Below are positions 23,967 through 35,130 of a stretch of DNA of 64,000 bases, in pieces. Every line of letters starts with the position of its first letter. Within the stretch, counting starts at the first letter, position 1. The position numbers were made by a program, and so were the translations under genes. The DNA lies in the NCBI RefSeq assembly GCF_902459465.1, contig NC_047077.1:1302001-1366000 (forward strand), written 5' to 3'. This DNA comes from Asterias rubens. Lineage: Eukaryota. A model generated the notes under the pieces. It worked only from the letters and a program-made list of their open reading frames with translations. It was not told where the DNA came from and did not search any database.

Positions 23967-25739
23967 TTACTCATGCTGATAGATTTTAACTGAATTGAAT
24001 GCAGCCACAACCAGATCACCAGCAGGTGTGAATGTGATACCATTGTGAACAGTACAATCATTGATACATCCAATGTACTTGCCATCAGGACTGTAATGAA
24101 GGATACCACCTGAAAATGAGTATGGTTTTCTCCTTACAGCAACATAGATGCTACCATCCTTGTCACAACACACACCAAGAGGGCTCCCATATAGATCGAT
24201 ATCTACTGAGAATACCATTTCACCATTGTAGTTTATGGCTAGTAACTCGCCACACCAGTTGGTGTAGATGAGTCTCTGTTTGTGGGTAGTCAAGTATCCA
24301 CCAATCCCTGGAGCAGACAGTGTTCTGATGAGGGATCCATCTGGTTTGTGTAGAGAGATCTCTGCCTTGTCTTGATAACCCACTGCTATCAGATTGTTGT
24401 CATCCACTGCAATACATGATGGCTCACTGCCTGGATTGAACTGATGGAGGGGCTGATAATTCCTGTTGAAGATCTTGACTGCTTCTCTATCTAGAACAAT
24501 GAGCTCATCATTCTTATTCACAGTCACTCTGCTTGATCCTCTAAGTCCTAGGAATGGTAGTTCTTCTAAAACATTATAGGATTGAGGGTTGCTCTCTGCT
24601 GGTATTGTAATCAACCTGGTAGTTTTCCAATCTGACACAACAATATCACTATTAGAGTATGCAGCAACATCCCATGCATAAATCTCCACAATGTTCTTGT
24701 AATTATTCATTTCTGTTTTTAATGTCCATTTGTCTTGTTTCATGGATTGAAATGTTGGCTTTCTAGCCTGAGCAGAAGTTGCTGATTCCACTTGTTGCTC
24801 ATCTTTCAGCACCAGTCTCCCTAGTGAGTTCTGGTCTTCTTTAAAGTCCATATAACTCAACCCATCAGGTACTTTTGTGGGTTTCTTCTCTCTGTATTCT
24901 TTGAGGTCTTGTAAGAGTTGTTCTATGTGATGTACAATCTTGATCTGTTGATCCATGAGTTGATTTACCTCATCCTGCTTGTGCTCTGCTTTGTTCTTCT
25001 CTTTGCTGTTTGTAGCTTGTGCAGTTTGCATTATCTTGACTCTGTCTTTATAAATCTGTTCTGCTTCTTGCATCAGTTTCTGCTTCTCCTCTCTGATCCT
25101 GGTAGCCACCTTGGCAATCTCCTCATCAGCCTTCTTGGTGATTTTCTCCTTGGTGGCAGCAAACATAGAGTCTAATGTCTTACGGGACGTATCTATTTCT
25201 TGAATGGCAGTGTTGAAGGTTGTGATACTCTGCCTAACTTCTGCTAGAAGTTCTGTTGCATGTTGTTTACTTTTGTCTGAAGCTTCATTCAGTTCTATTA
25301 CATGGTGCATTCTGTGGTCTTTAACAATGCAAGTTGTACATATCAGTTTCTTGCATGTTTCACAATACATGATAAGATCCTTGCCAGTATGCTTGCTACA
25401 CTTGGAAACAAACTCCTGACTGGGTACTTGTTTTCTTTGTTGCTGTTTCAGTTGGGTTTCCTGTGTTTCAATTGCTTCGATCAATGAAAGGGCTATTAAG
25501 TTTGTTTTGAGATCATCAATGCCATTTTCATTTAACAGAGTTTCGTGTCTACACACTGGACATGAAAGCCTTGTAGTAATTGGACTATTCTGTCCGAGTT
25601 GTTGAAGGCATTCAAGACAAAATGAATGAGAACACTCCAGTAGTTTGGGTTGCTTGAAGCGTCCACTGCAAATTGGACATTCAAGATGATCCTGACTTAT
25701 CTTTGTTAGCACTGACTCAGCTGTTATATTTGATGCCAT
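23967..25739 (-). CDS. Intact TRIM-NHL E3 ubiquitin ligase-like protein (RING, B-box2, coiled coil, NHL beta-propeller; no filamin domain), 590 aa, single coding exon
   Basis: C3HC4 RING (CPIC..CSHSFCLEC..CPVC), B-box (CSKH..MYCETCKKLICTTC..DHRMH), long heptad-rich region, NHL blades (IAVDDNNLIAV, GVCCDKDGSIYVA, GITFTPAGDLVVA). The ATG at 25739 is favoured because a conserved acceptor lies 27 nt upstream. Confidence 0.93.
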   Translation of the reverse strand: MASNITAESVLTKISQDHLECPICSGRFKQPKLLECSHSFCLECLQQLGQNSPITTRLSCPVCRHETLLNENGIDDLKTNLIALSLIEAIETQETQLKQQQRKQVPSQEFVSKCSKHTGKDLIMYCETCKKLICTTCIVKDHRMHHVIELNEASDKSKQHATELLAEVRQSITTFNTAIQEIDTSRKTLDSMFAATKEKITKKADEEIAKVATRIREEKQKLMQEAEQIYKDRVKIMQTAQATNSKEKNKAEHKQDEVNQLMDQQIKIVHHIEQLLQDLKEYREKKPTKVPDGLSYMDFKEDQNSLGRLVLKDEQQVESATSAQARKPTFQSMKQDKWTLKTEMNNYKNIVEIYAWDVAAYSNSDIVVSDWKTTRLITIPAESNPQSYNVLEELPFLGLRGSSRVTVNKNDELIVLDREAVKIFNRNYQPLHQFNPGSEPSCIAVDDNNLIAVGYQDKAEISLHKPDGSLIRTLSAPGIGGYLTTHKQRLIYTNWCGELLAINYNGEMVFSVDIDLYGSPLGVCCDKDGSIYVAVRRKPYSFSGGILHYSPDGKYIGCINDCTVHNGITFTPAGDLVVAAFNSVKIYQHE

Positions 25740-25766
25740 TTTGTTGGAAGTTGCTTTAATGATAAT

Positions 25767-25786
25767 CTGTGAAGTAAAAGAAGAAA
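25767..25786 (-). other. Splice acceptor of a 5'-UTR intron, 27 nt upstream of the TRIM ATG
   Basis: The minus strand reads tttcttcttttacttcaCAG|attatc. The same site at the same distance occurs in all three copies (15870-15872, 25767-25769, 41107-41109). Confidence 0.8.
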
Positions 25787-27878
25787 TTGACTCGTATAAT
25801 GCAAGACGTGATTTCATGAACATATTACAATCCTGGGCATAAAGTTAAAGATTTTTAAATTGACTGATTTCATAACACATTTTGATTTGTGTTCCATGTT
25901 CTAATTTGACCAATCAAGTAGGTATTTTACACTGTCACCCTAAACTGCATGTCAAAACAGTTACAGTTACAGACATATCACAAGATCAAAGAAGTATAAG
26001 ACTTGATGCCTCTTTTGCAGGTTGCCATACTTGAGCAGGTATGTAAAGTTGGAGATGTGGGAGGGAAACCCCAATCAGGGAAAACCCATGCAATGAGGTA
26101 GGGACTGAAAACACATTCCATATGCAAGGCTTTGATCCTTGTAGTGAACTGGGATCCACAGAGGAAAGACAGGCGAGTAAGCTGATACAAATAAGATTGA
26201 AGAAAATTCTGCTTTCACCATCCTGGAGTCATTTTAGCTTCACCTATGCTTTGTTAAGCGTATCTCTTAGTTATGACACCATGGAGTCGCATACAAACTC
26301 AAGCACTTTCATGCTCAGCGTCCATAGACTTGATTTCAAGTCTGAGGTGGCTGTTATTCCTCTGTATGAGACACGAAATACGCCCGCAATAGGTTAGCTG
26401 TCATGGGACAAGGTAATAATAGGGCGCTATTTGGGGCAATACTGTATTTGCTATCAAGTTGACTGGAAGAAACGATTGCAGGCTTGAATCAAGTTTACAC
26501 GGTTCACCGTAGTAAAGTAAATTAGGAAATTAATGAATTTTCTTTTCTATTTGATATAAAGGGTTAACCGTTTGAGTTTGTGTAAAAAAAAACGAATGAG
26601 GTGGTTGAATAAATAACAAAAGGTTATGTGTTATTTGTGGACTGTAATGGCATTTTCGTGTTGAAAAACAGACATTTGCCGGTAAGTTAGCTGTCAAAAT
26701 GCTATGGTTATCCGTGTGGTGAACCGTACGACATGAACGCAAGCAACTAAATTGGACAGGTACATTATTTGTGTGCGCAGGCGCAAGGCGCTCGTGTCAG
26801 GAATCGTCATCGCGCCTCACAGTAAAAGGCAATGCAGGTTTTGTACGGGCTATTTCGGCAGTTACACATGCTTCAATATTATTTAACGGACTTTATACCC
26901 AACAATACAAGATGCAAGCGAACTTACATAATTAATTTAGGTGTAACCCATGAATATAGTTATGTTTTATTTGTTAAAGCGAGTAAAGCAAAGTCATGTC
27001 AAGGAGTCCATTTCAGCGAGCATGAATATGCAGTGTGAGAAAAGCAGTCGTAAAATCTTTTGCTTAGCGCCAAAGAGAGGAAAATAAAATTTCGCCTCAC
27101 ACAATGACGCTCGTACGAGTTACTTAGTGCCATACAGGGGGTAATCAAGTTTACTTATAACACAATGCACTCTCTGTATGACCAATAAGGTTTGACTTAA
27201 GACATAGCGTACATGTGTTTGCTTTTTTTAATGTGCTTTCGTCTTAACATCTGATTTGGTCAAGATGGACGACCCTTCCCTTAGACCCTGTCAAATGCGA
27301 CAAGTGTATTTAATAACATACAGTCAAGCTCTGCCAGTCCCTCGCCCCCCCCTACCCCCACCCCTCCAAAAAAAATCACCAAAAAACCAACCCAAAACAC
27401 CACTACCCCCATTGACCGAGCAATAACACTCTCTGCCAGTCCCTCTCTGCCGAGTACATTTCTAAGATTTGTGACTCTACCTGTACAAACAAACTGCAAT
27501 CACATGATGTATACAATGTATTAGGTGTATGAATTTAATCATTTTGTTCCTTGTCTATGTGTTTCTCTACTTAGTCTACCCATGGAGGTATAATTAGAAC
27601 AATTCAACCTCCATGGTCTACCCTACTGTACAAGACTGTAGGGATTCATACAGACATCATCATTGGTACTGTTCAGTATCACTTTGAATGCTGCCCTCAT
27701 GTGGCAAATACATTGACACCATAACTTTGCTGTGCTGATTTTGGTGCCCTGGGGCCTACACACAAATCAGCTTATTATGGCATAGATTCGGCTTTCTGCA
27801 ATTCATGTGTCTACTAAAACAAACTCATTATCCTTAAACAAAATCTGAACAAAATCAACTCTGATAATAATATACACA

Positions 27879-28033
27879 TAATGAATGTTTATGAGTGCAA
27901 TGGTGCAAATATGTTCATGAGTTGAAAGATGGAATGTTCTATTCAACGAGGCGGAGCCGAGTTGAATGGAACATTCCAGCTTTCAACGAATGAACATATT
28001 CGCACCATTGCACGAATGAAAAACATTCATTAT
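27879..28033. repeat. Fold-back element centred on GGCGGAGCC
   Basis: ~70-bp imperfect inverted arms (ataatgaatgtt..ttcaac / gttgaa..aacattcattat). Similar centre-hairpin elements occur at ~43200-43235 and ~57080-57125. Confidence 0.7.
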
Positions 28034-28038
28034 TTGTT

Positions 28039-28384
28039 TTATATAACATCCAAGTAGATCTTTGTCATTTTGATTGAAAGATACAACTTTCAAAACAAAC
28101 AAAGCGTAGGCCTCCAATTTTTAATTGTAGAAGACGAATGCTAGTAATTTTACTAATATGCCTTGCTGCGTTACCGAAGACAACGCGCACGCAGTGATGT
28201 TTTTACTCAGCTTTTTCGTTCCATCCGAAAAGTACCATTGCACGCTGGCAGCGTGCAATGGTACTTTTCGGATGGAACGAAAAAGCACGGTGAGTGACTC
28301 AGCGTGCAATGGTACTTTTATTTGCTATCACGTGACGGACAATCCTCCAATCAAATGGCAAGGATCTGCTTGGGTGTTATATAA
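28039..28384. mobile_element. MITE with ~38-bp TIRs containing an internal perfect palindrome
   Basis: TIR ttatataacatccaagtagatctttgtcattttgattg / caatcaaatggcaaggatctgcttgggtgttatataa. Internal 38-bp perfect inverted repeat at 28210-28286. Confidence 0.7.
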
Positions 28385-28984
28385 TAAGCTATAAATAAGA
28401 GTAAACTGTTGGATAATGTACTAATCCTCTTTTGGGGTAGTGTTGGCTCTGAAAAGCACCAGTTTGGTCTTGACTTTTCAAACAGTGCACTCTGCTAGTC
28501 TAGAGCAAAGAACATCACTTTAACTCGAACCCGATTCTGACTAATCTTATAATCAACTTACTTGAGTTATGACAGAAGAAGATGGCTAGAAACACAGCAT
28601 CCAATCTGTTAGATGAGTAGTATATTCAAGCAATGATCCGTTGGACTATTACACAGTGACACTCCCTACCTGGTACTGCTATAAGTCTGACTGTGAACAT
28701 TGCGAAATGTGGAAATACCAAATTCTATATTTAAGTCTTTGTGTTGTGTGAATGAAGTGTAGTATGCATGGATAACTTTGAGTCAGCTTTTCAGATTCAA
28801 ACTAGGCAGGGTATTCTTATGATAAATATCAATATTGTACTGTTGTGTTGAGGTCACTAAGGTCTTACATGTATTTACACTGGCTGGTTCTATGCTTATG
28901 AAATGAGTGGGTGTATGGGGTTTGGGTTTGTTATTGTAGGATCACCTCATTGGCTGTACATTGCGCATTGTGTGTAGGTTCTGT

Positions 28985-29370
28985 CTCAACTTAAGAATCA
29001 TCCCAACTATAGTTGGGACTGGTCCAACTTGTGTTATGACGGGTGCATTGTGCACAGTTTCTTTCACACAATCAGGCAAACCCAGTTAGACTGGTCCCAA
29101 CTATAGTTGGGTTGATTCTAGAGTTGGGACGGGACCAACTTGTGTTATGAAGGGTGCATTGTGCACAGTTTCTTCACACAATCAGGCAAACCCAGTTAGA
29201 CTGGTCCCAACTATAGTTGGGTTGATTCTAGAGTTGGGACGGGACCAACTTGTGTTATGACGGGTGCATTGTGCACAGTTTCTTTCACACAGTCAGGCAA
29301 ACCCAGTTAGACTGGTCCCAACTATAGTTGGGTTGATTCTAGAGTTGGGACGAGACCAACTTGTGTTATG
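28985..29370. repeat. ~120-bp tandem repeat (3 units) carrying the palindrome CCCAACTATAGTTGGG
   Basis: The unit ..ccaacttgtgttatgacgggtgcattgtgcacagtttc..ggcaaacccagttagactggtcccaactatagttgggttgattctagagttgggac.. occurs three times. Confidence 0.88.
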
Positions 29371-31580
29371 CCCTTTGTATTTCTCGTTTGTGGGAATTCC
29401 CAGTTTCTATATTTAGCATTTGTGTTGTACACTGTGCTACATGTATGTGATGTATTGTCATTTACTGTACAGATATTTATTGTGTGCTTTTTGCTGGTTT
29501 ATTTATTGTATTCGTTATTATTTTGATTGGTTCGTTGCTTTTCGTTTAACTTTGCTGTACTTTTTGATGTACTTGTATTTGTTGAGGTCAAATAAATAAT
29601 AATAATAATAATAATAATAATACTCATACTGCATTACACACTGACTTTGACGATAACCTTAACCTCTGACCGGTTTATATAAAACTGGGACTGTGTTTGT
29701 ATTGTGAAAGAGATTGGCTGTTGTCAGCTTGGCATTTACATGTATTCTATTGTAGGAGCTTTCAGAGTTCCCTTAGTGGGAAGATTTTCGAAACATCGGA
29801 CAACCAAACAAACACTCTAGGCCTAAATTGACGTGCCAAACTGATTACCCTAATTTGTATCCCCCACTTTTTTGAAATGATAACAACTTTGGAAAAATCA
29901 GTTTTTGTCCTTAGAGCCCCAGACCCATCCCTTTAGGCCCTCACCCTACCCCCTAGACCAAAGTTAACTCCCACCCTTGGCTACACCTTAAGCCCCACAT
30001 CAGTTTCACTCTGTTTCTTTAGACTCCATGTTTTTGGCATTTTTTTCTAAAGATGATTTAAATAAAAACATTTTACAGTAGGCCTTACTGTTTGTAAACT
30101 TTTAGCCCTTCATAAATTGTAGAATGAATGACCTGTAACTATTGATTAGCGGGCCAGGTTGATGCGAGTTGTTCTTAGCAAAGCAAGTGTGAAAGCGTTC
30201 TGATCGACACTGTGTTCGTTATTACATGTAGCTCATGTGTAAATCTTCACCTTTTAGAAAAGTTTAAAACAAATGTTGTCTTCTTTGTTTTTCCATTGCA
30301 GCAATTGAACTTGCTTTGGATGAACCAATTGAACCAGTGGAAATGGGGGAGCCAGCAGCTTCACACTTCATGATAATAGAGTCTGCATGTTGGTTGTTCA
30401 CAAGATGGATGGCACTGTGATCTCTTCGAGCTCCATTTCATGAAAGGGTAAGTGCTCCTTTTGGGATTTATCTTAATCAATCTACGACTGACAAAGTGGG
30501 ACAGGATCAAGAGGCTGTTGATGAGTAAATGACAAATTAAAAAACAATGGGCAAGTAATGGTATAAGAAAACAGCTGCTGAACGTAACAACAAGTTGGAG
30601 ATGCAACTATCAAAAGGATGGTCCATGTGGAAAGGCTATGTAAAGGGGAGTATATAGAGAGGGGGAGGGTGTTGCATATGGTATCATAAATGTCCATTGT
30701 CCAGTTATGAACGTGTGGTGAAGAGGGGACTGGGCTTTGACAGCAAGTCTAGAATGCCTCAAAGTGGACATCAAAATACAACTACAATCAATTCACTTGA
30801 TGTGTGAACTGGGACAACTTGAACGTTTGAAAACGTTTTTTTTACATCTTTTTTTTGTGTCCAACAACCAGCTGTCCATACTCTTTACCGGTGTCCCTAC
30901 ATTCTTTTACCAATGTCCCCACAGTACAGAAGCTAGGCTTGTAACTAAGCTGTTAAAATACATACTAGCATAACAAGTCACTTGATAATGAGCAATGGAG
31001 AGCTGTTGATGGTCTAACACATTGTGAGAAAAGACTCTCTCTGAAGTCACGTAGGATTTGAAAAAAGAGGTGACTACGCAGTAAAGTATTTGAATCTGTC
31101 AGAAAGACTTCAGCCCTGAAGCCTAAAGATTTACTGTAAAACTTACACTGTTTAAAGATAATAATCCAATATAACTTGCTCAGGTATAAAACTAGGATTT
31201 TAAAAACTTCACAGTCCTTTTTATAGCATACATGTAGGTGAGGCATATCCTTTACTGTCCTGGAAACAAAAACACATATACATGGCAACTGTGTTTTCCT
31301 CATAGGATGGTTGACGCATTTCCTTAACTATCCTAGTTAAGGAGTAAAAACAAATACATAGTAGGTGTTTTTTCCTTCTAGGTTGGTTGAGGCAATTCCT
31401 TAATTATCCTAGGAGTATAAAATTCATGTTAACATCTGTTTTTCTTCCTATGACTGTTGAGGCATTTCCTAAACCATCATATGATTAAAAAATACATAGC
31501 AACTGTATCTTTCCTCCAAGGATGGTTCAGGAAATGCCTCAACCATCATAGGAAGAAAAAAAACATGAATGGTTTATGCT
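29365..31580. repeat. Segmental duplication, paralogous to ~44070-49860 (the latter interrupted by the piggyBac and a 152-bp insertion)
   Basis: Continuous by-eye homology, for example ggaattccc.gtttctatatttag, ggcctaa..gtgccaaactgat.accctaatttgtatc and gcagcaattgaacttgctttggatga. Confidence 0.9.
29475..29621 (+). mobile_element. 3' tail of a non-LTR retroelement ending in (AAT)n
   Basis: T-rich tract ending ggtcaaataaa(taa)n. Absent from the paralogous position at ~44165. Confidence 0.6.
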
Positions 31581-31660
31581 TTTCCTCATCCATTCTACGA
31601 ATAATAAAGATATGTTAGTTGTGTTTTTCCTCTTAGGATGAATAAGGCATTTCCGTAACT
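31300..31660. repeat. Array of ~60-bp self-complementary units in mixed orientation (paralogue ~49555-49850)
   Basis: The unit aggatggttgaggcatttcct(t)aaccatcct and its reverse complement aggaaatgcctcaaccatc recur. Confidence 0.65.
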
Positions 31661-32214
31661 ATCCATTTCATGCTCCTCGCTGCGCTCATACGCATGAAAA
31701 ACAGTTCTTTGGAAAAATGTTTCCGTTAGCGGACAAGGGACGTAGAGAAGATGAAGTGTCAATAAAAAAATAAAATAAAAAACTTTAAAAAACGGACAGA
31801 AATAGGCAGTGTTCCGGGCTGTTGGCCCGAACACCTAAACAGCTGTCTCTTCTAGCCTTTCGGTTATCTCCCTGGAAATTCCAGACATTAATTAAAGTCA
31901 TTACACAGTTTAAGGTGGTGTACATATCATTAACTATTCACATTGTAAGTCACTTTTATTTGCTTCTTATGTGTTTCTTCAATAGGCTGTTCTGAGTAAT
32001 CCCAGTAATTACAATTGTTTATAACATCTCTTCATACAGCAGGCCTATGAGTTTTGGTAAGATTAAACCCTGCCTAGTAATCCTCTTGCTTTGAGTTGTA
32101 ACATGTCGTTGTGCCTGAATAGGAGAGCCAAATTAATGGAAAAATAGCAAGCCGTTCTTAGTTGCATCATACTTTTGTCAGGATCTGATTTGTCAACAAT
32201 GCATTTCACTTGTT

Positions 32215-32925
32215 CTAATGATATTGGTTGTTTTTGTGATGGGGGTTTGTGAAGATGTTTTAATGATATTGGTTGTTTTTGTGATGGGGGTTTGTGAAGA
32301 TGTTTTAATGATATTGGTTGTTTTTGTGATGGGGGTTTGTGAAGATGTTTTAATGATATTGGTTGTTTTTGTGATGGGGTTTGTGAAGATGTTTTAATGA
32401 TATTGGTTGTTTTTGTGATGGGGTTTGTGAAGATGTTTTAATGATATTGGTTGTTTTTGTGATGGGGTTTGTGAAGATGTTTTAATGATATTGGTTGTTT
32501 TTGTGATGGGGTTTGTGAAGATGTTTAATGATATTGGTTGTTTTGTGATGGGGGTTGTGAAGATGTTTTAATGATATTGGTTGTTTTGTGATGGGGTTTG
32601 TGAAGATGTTTTAATGATATTGGTTGTTTTTGTGATGGGGGTTGTGAAGATGTTTTAATGATATTGGTTGTTTTTGTGATGGGGGTTTGTGAAGATGTTT
32701 TAATGATATTGGTTATTTTTGTGATGGGGGTTTGTGAAGATGTTTTAATGATATTGGTTGTTTTGTGATGGGGGTTTGTGAAGATGTTTTAATGATATTG
32801 GTTGTTTTTGTGATGGGGGTTTGTGAAGATGTTTTAATGATATTGGTTGTTTTTGTGATGGGGGTTTGTGAAGATGTTTTAATGATATTGGTTGTTTTTG
32901 TGATGGGGTTTGTGAAGATGTTTTG
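32215..32925. repeat. ~45-bp minisatellite, ~16 copies
   Basis: Unit tttaatgatattggttgtttttgtgatgggggtttgtgaagatgt. Variation is essentially in T- and G-run length. Confidence 0.95.
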
Positions 32926-32981
32926 ACCCACTCAGAATAGTTACATGTAGCCGATCTATCGGTGAAACTACTGGTAACCGA

Positions 32982-33115
32982 TAGCCTGTGCTGGTCTCAC
33001 TCTTGGCTTGATTCTTGAGGATCCAGCGCCGAAGTTGAATGGGCAATCTTTTGGACCAGTGCCCTGGCATTCCGCAGCTGAAGCTAATGTCAGCATTTGG
33101 CATGCCTGTCCAAAC
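32982..33115 (-). pseudogene. Degenerate CCHC zinc-knuckle fragment (gag/ORF1-like remnant)
   Basis: The minus strand reads ADI(S)FSCGMPGHWSK[+1]DCPFNFGAGSSR..GYQ*. This is CX2CX4HX4C with the first C as AGC instead of TGC and one extra A. Confidence 0.5.
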
Positions 33116-34162
33116 CAAAACAAATGAAAAACAAGAGCAGGAGCAAATGGAAACAATTTGATACATGTACGTACATGAAAGAAATCAAAATATTTCTTTG
33201 TGAAACTTGATAAGATTTTTGTGCATAAGATGCAAACACCGGGCGGCGTAACCAGGCCTGAACATATGGATTTGTTGTAACAACGCTATTTATACTCAGT
33301 CATGCATTGGTTTGATAGTGGCGCACTACACATGACAATTATAGTGGGTGCACTCACGTGACATGAAAGAAATCAAAATATTTCTTTGTGGTCAAATGAT
33401 GAAAATGGACTCCACCAAAATCATTGCAAATCAAACATGGGCCAACAACAGCATTATGATTCAGTGTGCACACGACAAAACGAGTTCAGTTTGTTATGCA
33501 AAGTTGCTAGACAAAATCGTTCAGTGCTGTAGATAAATAGTTACCTTATTACCGGCTACAGTTGGTGAGGTTGGGAGCTGAGTAATGCAACCATTTGGCC
33601 TGGTGAATATTAATCACACAAACACACCGGGCCTGCCGACAGAATGCAACAGTGGGATGGGTTGGGGAACCACGGGTAAAGACCACGAATTAAGAAGAAT
33701 ATTGTTGTTGTTTTGATGAAGCGCCCTCTGTTGTCGGTGTATACATTTGGTTAATTGACTCTCGTTCGTTCCTCCTTGGACTTGATCTTGGCTCGCAGTT
33801 AAAAAACTTAGTAAACTTGGTTAGTTAAGATCAGTCATTACAATCATGCTCAAAAAACACTGTTCTCTACTTCTCAGTTGCTCTCAAGATGTGTTAACTA
33901 TCGATCATTACGTGTTTATTCTCAATACTTGTTTCAAACAATTGTCTTGGACTTTTCCTTGATATGACTCATGTGTTGTGTATGTTGTGCCATGTTGTTA
34001 GCACGCAAGTGATGCACCTGCACAAGGAATCCGTGCACAACTCTCTGAACCGACTGTTTTAGTTCTTGCATGGAGTTCTGATCTGATATTAAACAATGAA
34101 TACTCTGTCGTAATAATGTTTGAAGATAACAACAGAGCTTCAAGAAGAGGAATATTAATGTT

Positions 34163-34457
34163 ATCAATATAAACCACAAGGGAAACTGACTGGGTAAATT
34201 TTGAAATGATTTTTGGGGTTGAACAAAGAATTGATTAGAGTGGGATTCGAACCGACGACCTCCGGATTAACGTGCCGGCGCTCTACCAACTGAGCTATCT
34301 AGCCCGATGTTTGCGGTGTCCCTATTTTGTCAATATCTTTGTTTGGGGGTGCCAGTCAGAAGCCATACAACCGTATAGCTGTGTAGCCAGGAATCACACC
34401 CACAATACGATACAACCTTGGAAGCGGCAGCTAGCCAATTCTTTGTTCAACCCTGAA
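34163..34457 (-). mobile_element. Second, differently permuted insertion of the 312-bp tRNA-containing unit, with 13-bp TSD and a short inverted end
   Basis: TSD gaatattaatgtt at 34150-34162 and 34458-34470. tRNA-like part at 34232-34304. Bases 34436-34453 are the reverse complement of 34216-34233. Confidence 0.82.
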
Positions 34458-34678
34458 GAATATTAATGTTGACGCATACTGCGTTACTGCATCAGTTGGT
34501 TTACATCATACATACTGGAAGGTTTCAATACCCCTGCAATAAGTGAACCACCTTTTCCACAATTCATTGTGTGTGAATTTCCACCACCTTACTGGTGCTT
34601 CATTGCTTCAACAGCTCATGGATACTTGCAATCGCCCCAGTATAAAAAATAATTAAAGACCTCCTTAGTTTTGCTGGG

Positions 34679-35130
34679 AAAATACTGAGGCAGTTGAGAT
34701 GGTAGTCTACCTTCCTCATTCTAGAGTAGATCTTAACTGCTAGGCCAATGAGCTCACCCAGTGACAAGGAGCAAGTTTGAATCATATTGAAATACTGAGA
34801 CTGTTGAGATGTTAGTCCACAGTTGAGATGGTAGTCTACCTTCCTCATTCTAGAGTAGATCTTAACTGCTAGGCCAATGAGCTCACCCAGTGACAAGGAG
34901 CAAGTTTGAATCATATTGAAATACTGAGACTGTTGAGATGTTAGTCTGCCTTCCTCATTCTAGTGTAGATCTTAACTGCTAGGCCAATGAGCTCACCCAG
35001 TGACAAGGAGCAAGTTTGAATCATATTGAAATACTGAGGCAGTTGAGATGGTTGTCCACCTTCCTCATTCTAGAGTAGATCTTAACCACTACATGTAGAC
35101 TAATGAGCTTACCCAGTGACAAGGAGCGTT
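34679..35130. repeat. ~110-130-bp tandem repeat, 4 units
   Basis: Unit aaatactgag.c.gttgagatg..ccttcctcattctagagtagatcttaactgctaggccaatgagctcacccagtgacaaggagcaagtttgaatcatattg. Confidence 0.9.

Noticed and set aside
25740-25823. N-terminal extensions given by the ORF track for the TRIM genes (also 15843-16037)
   Set aside because: They cross a conserved splice acceptor and differ between paralogues, so they are intronic.
32713-32931. Thr-rich repeat protein (TPITKTTNIIKTSSQ)n
   Set aside because: It is only the translation of a 45-bp minisatellite, and neighbouring units have run-length frameshifts.
16500-35130. CRISPR-like arrays in the short tandem repeats
   Set aside because: The units repeat in full with no unique spacers, there are no cas genes, and the context is eukaryotic.
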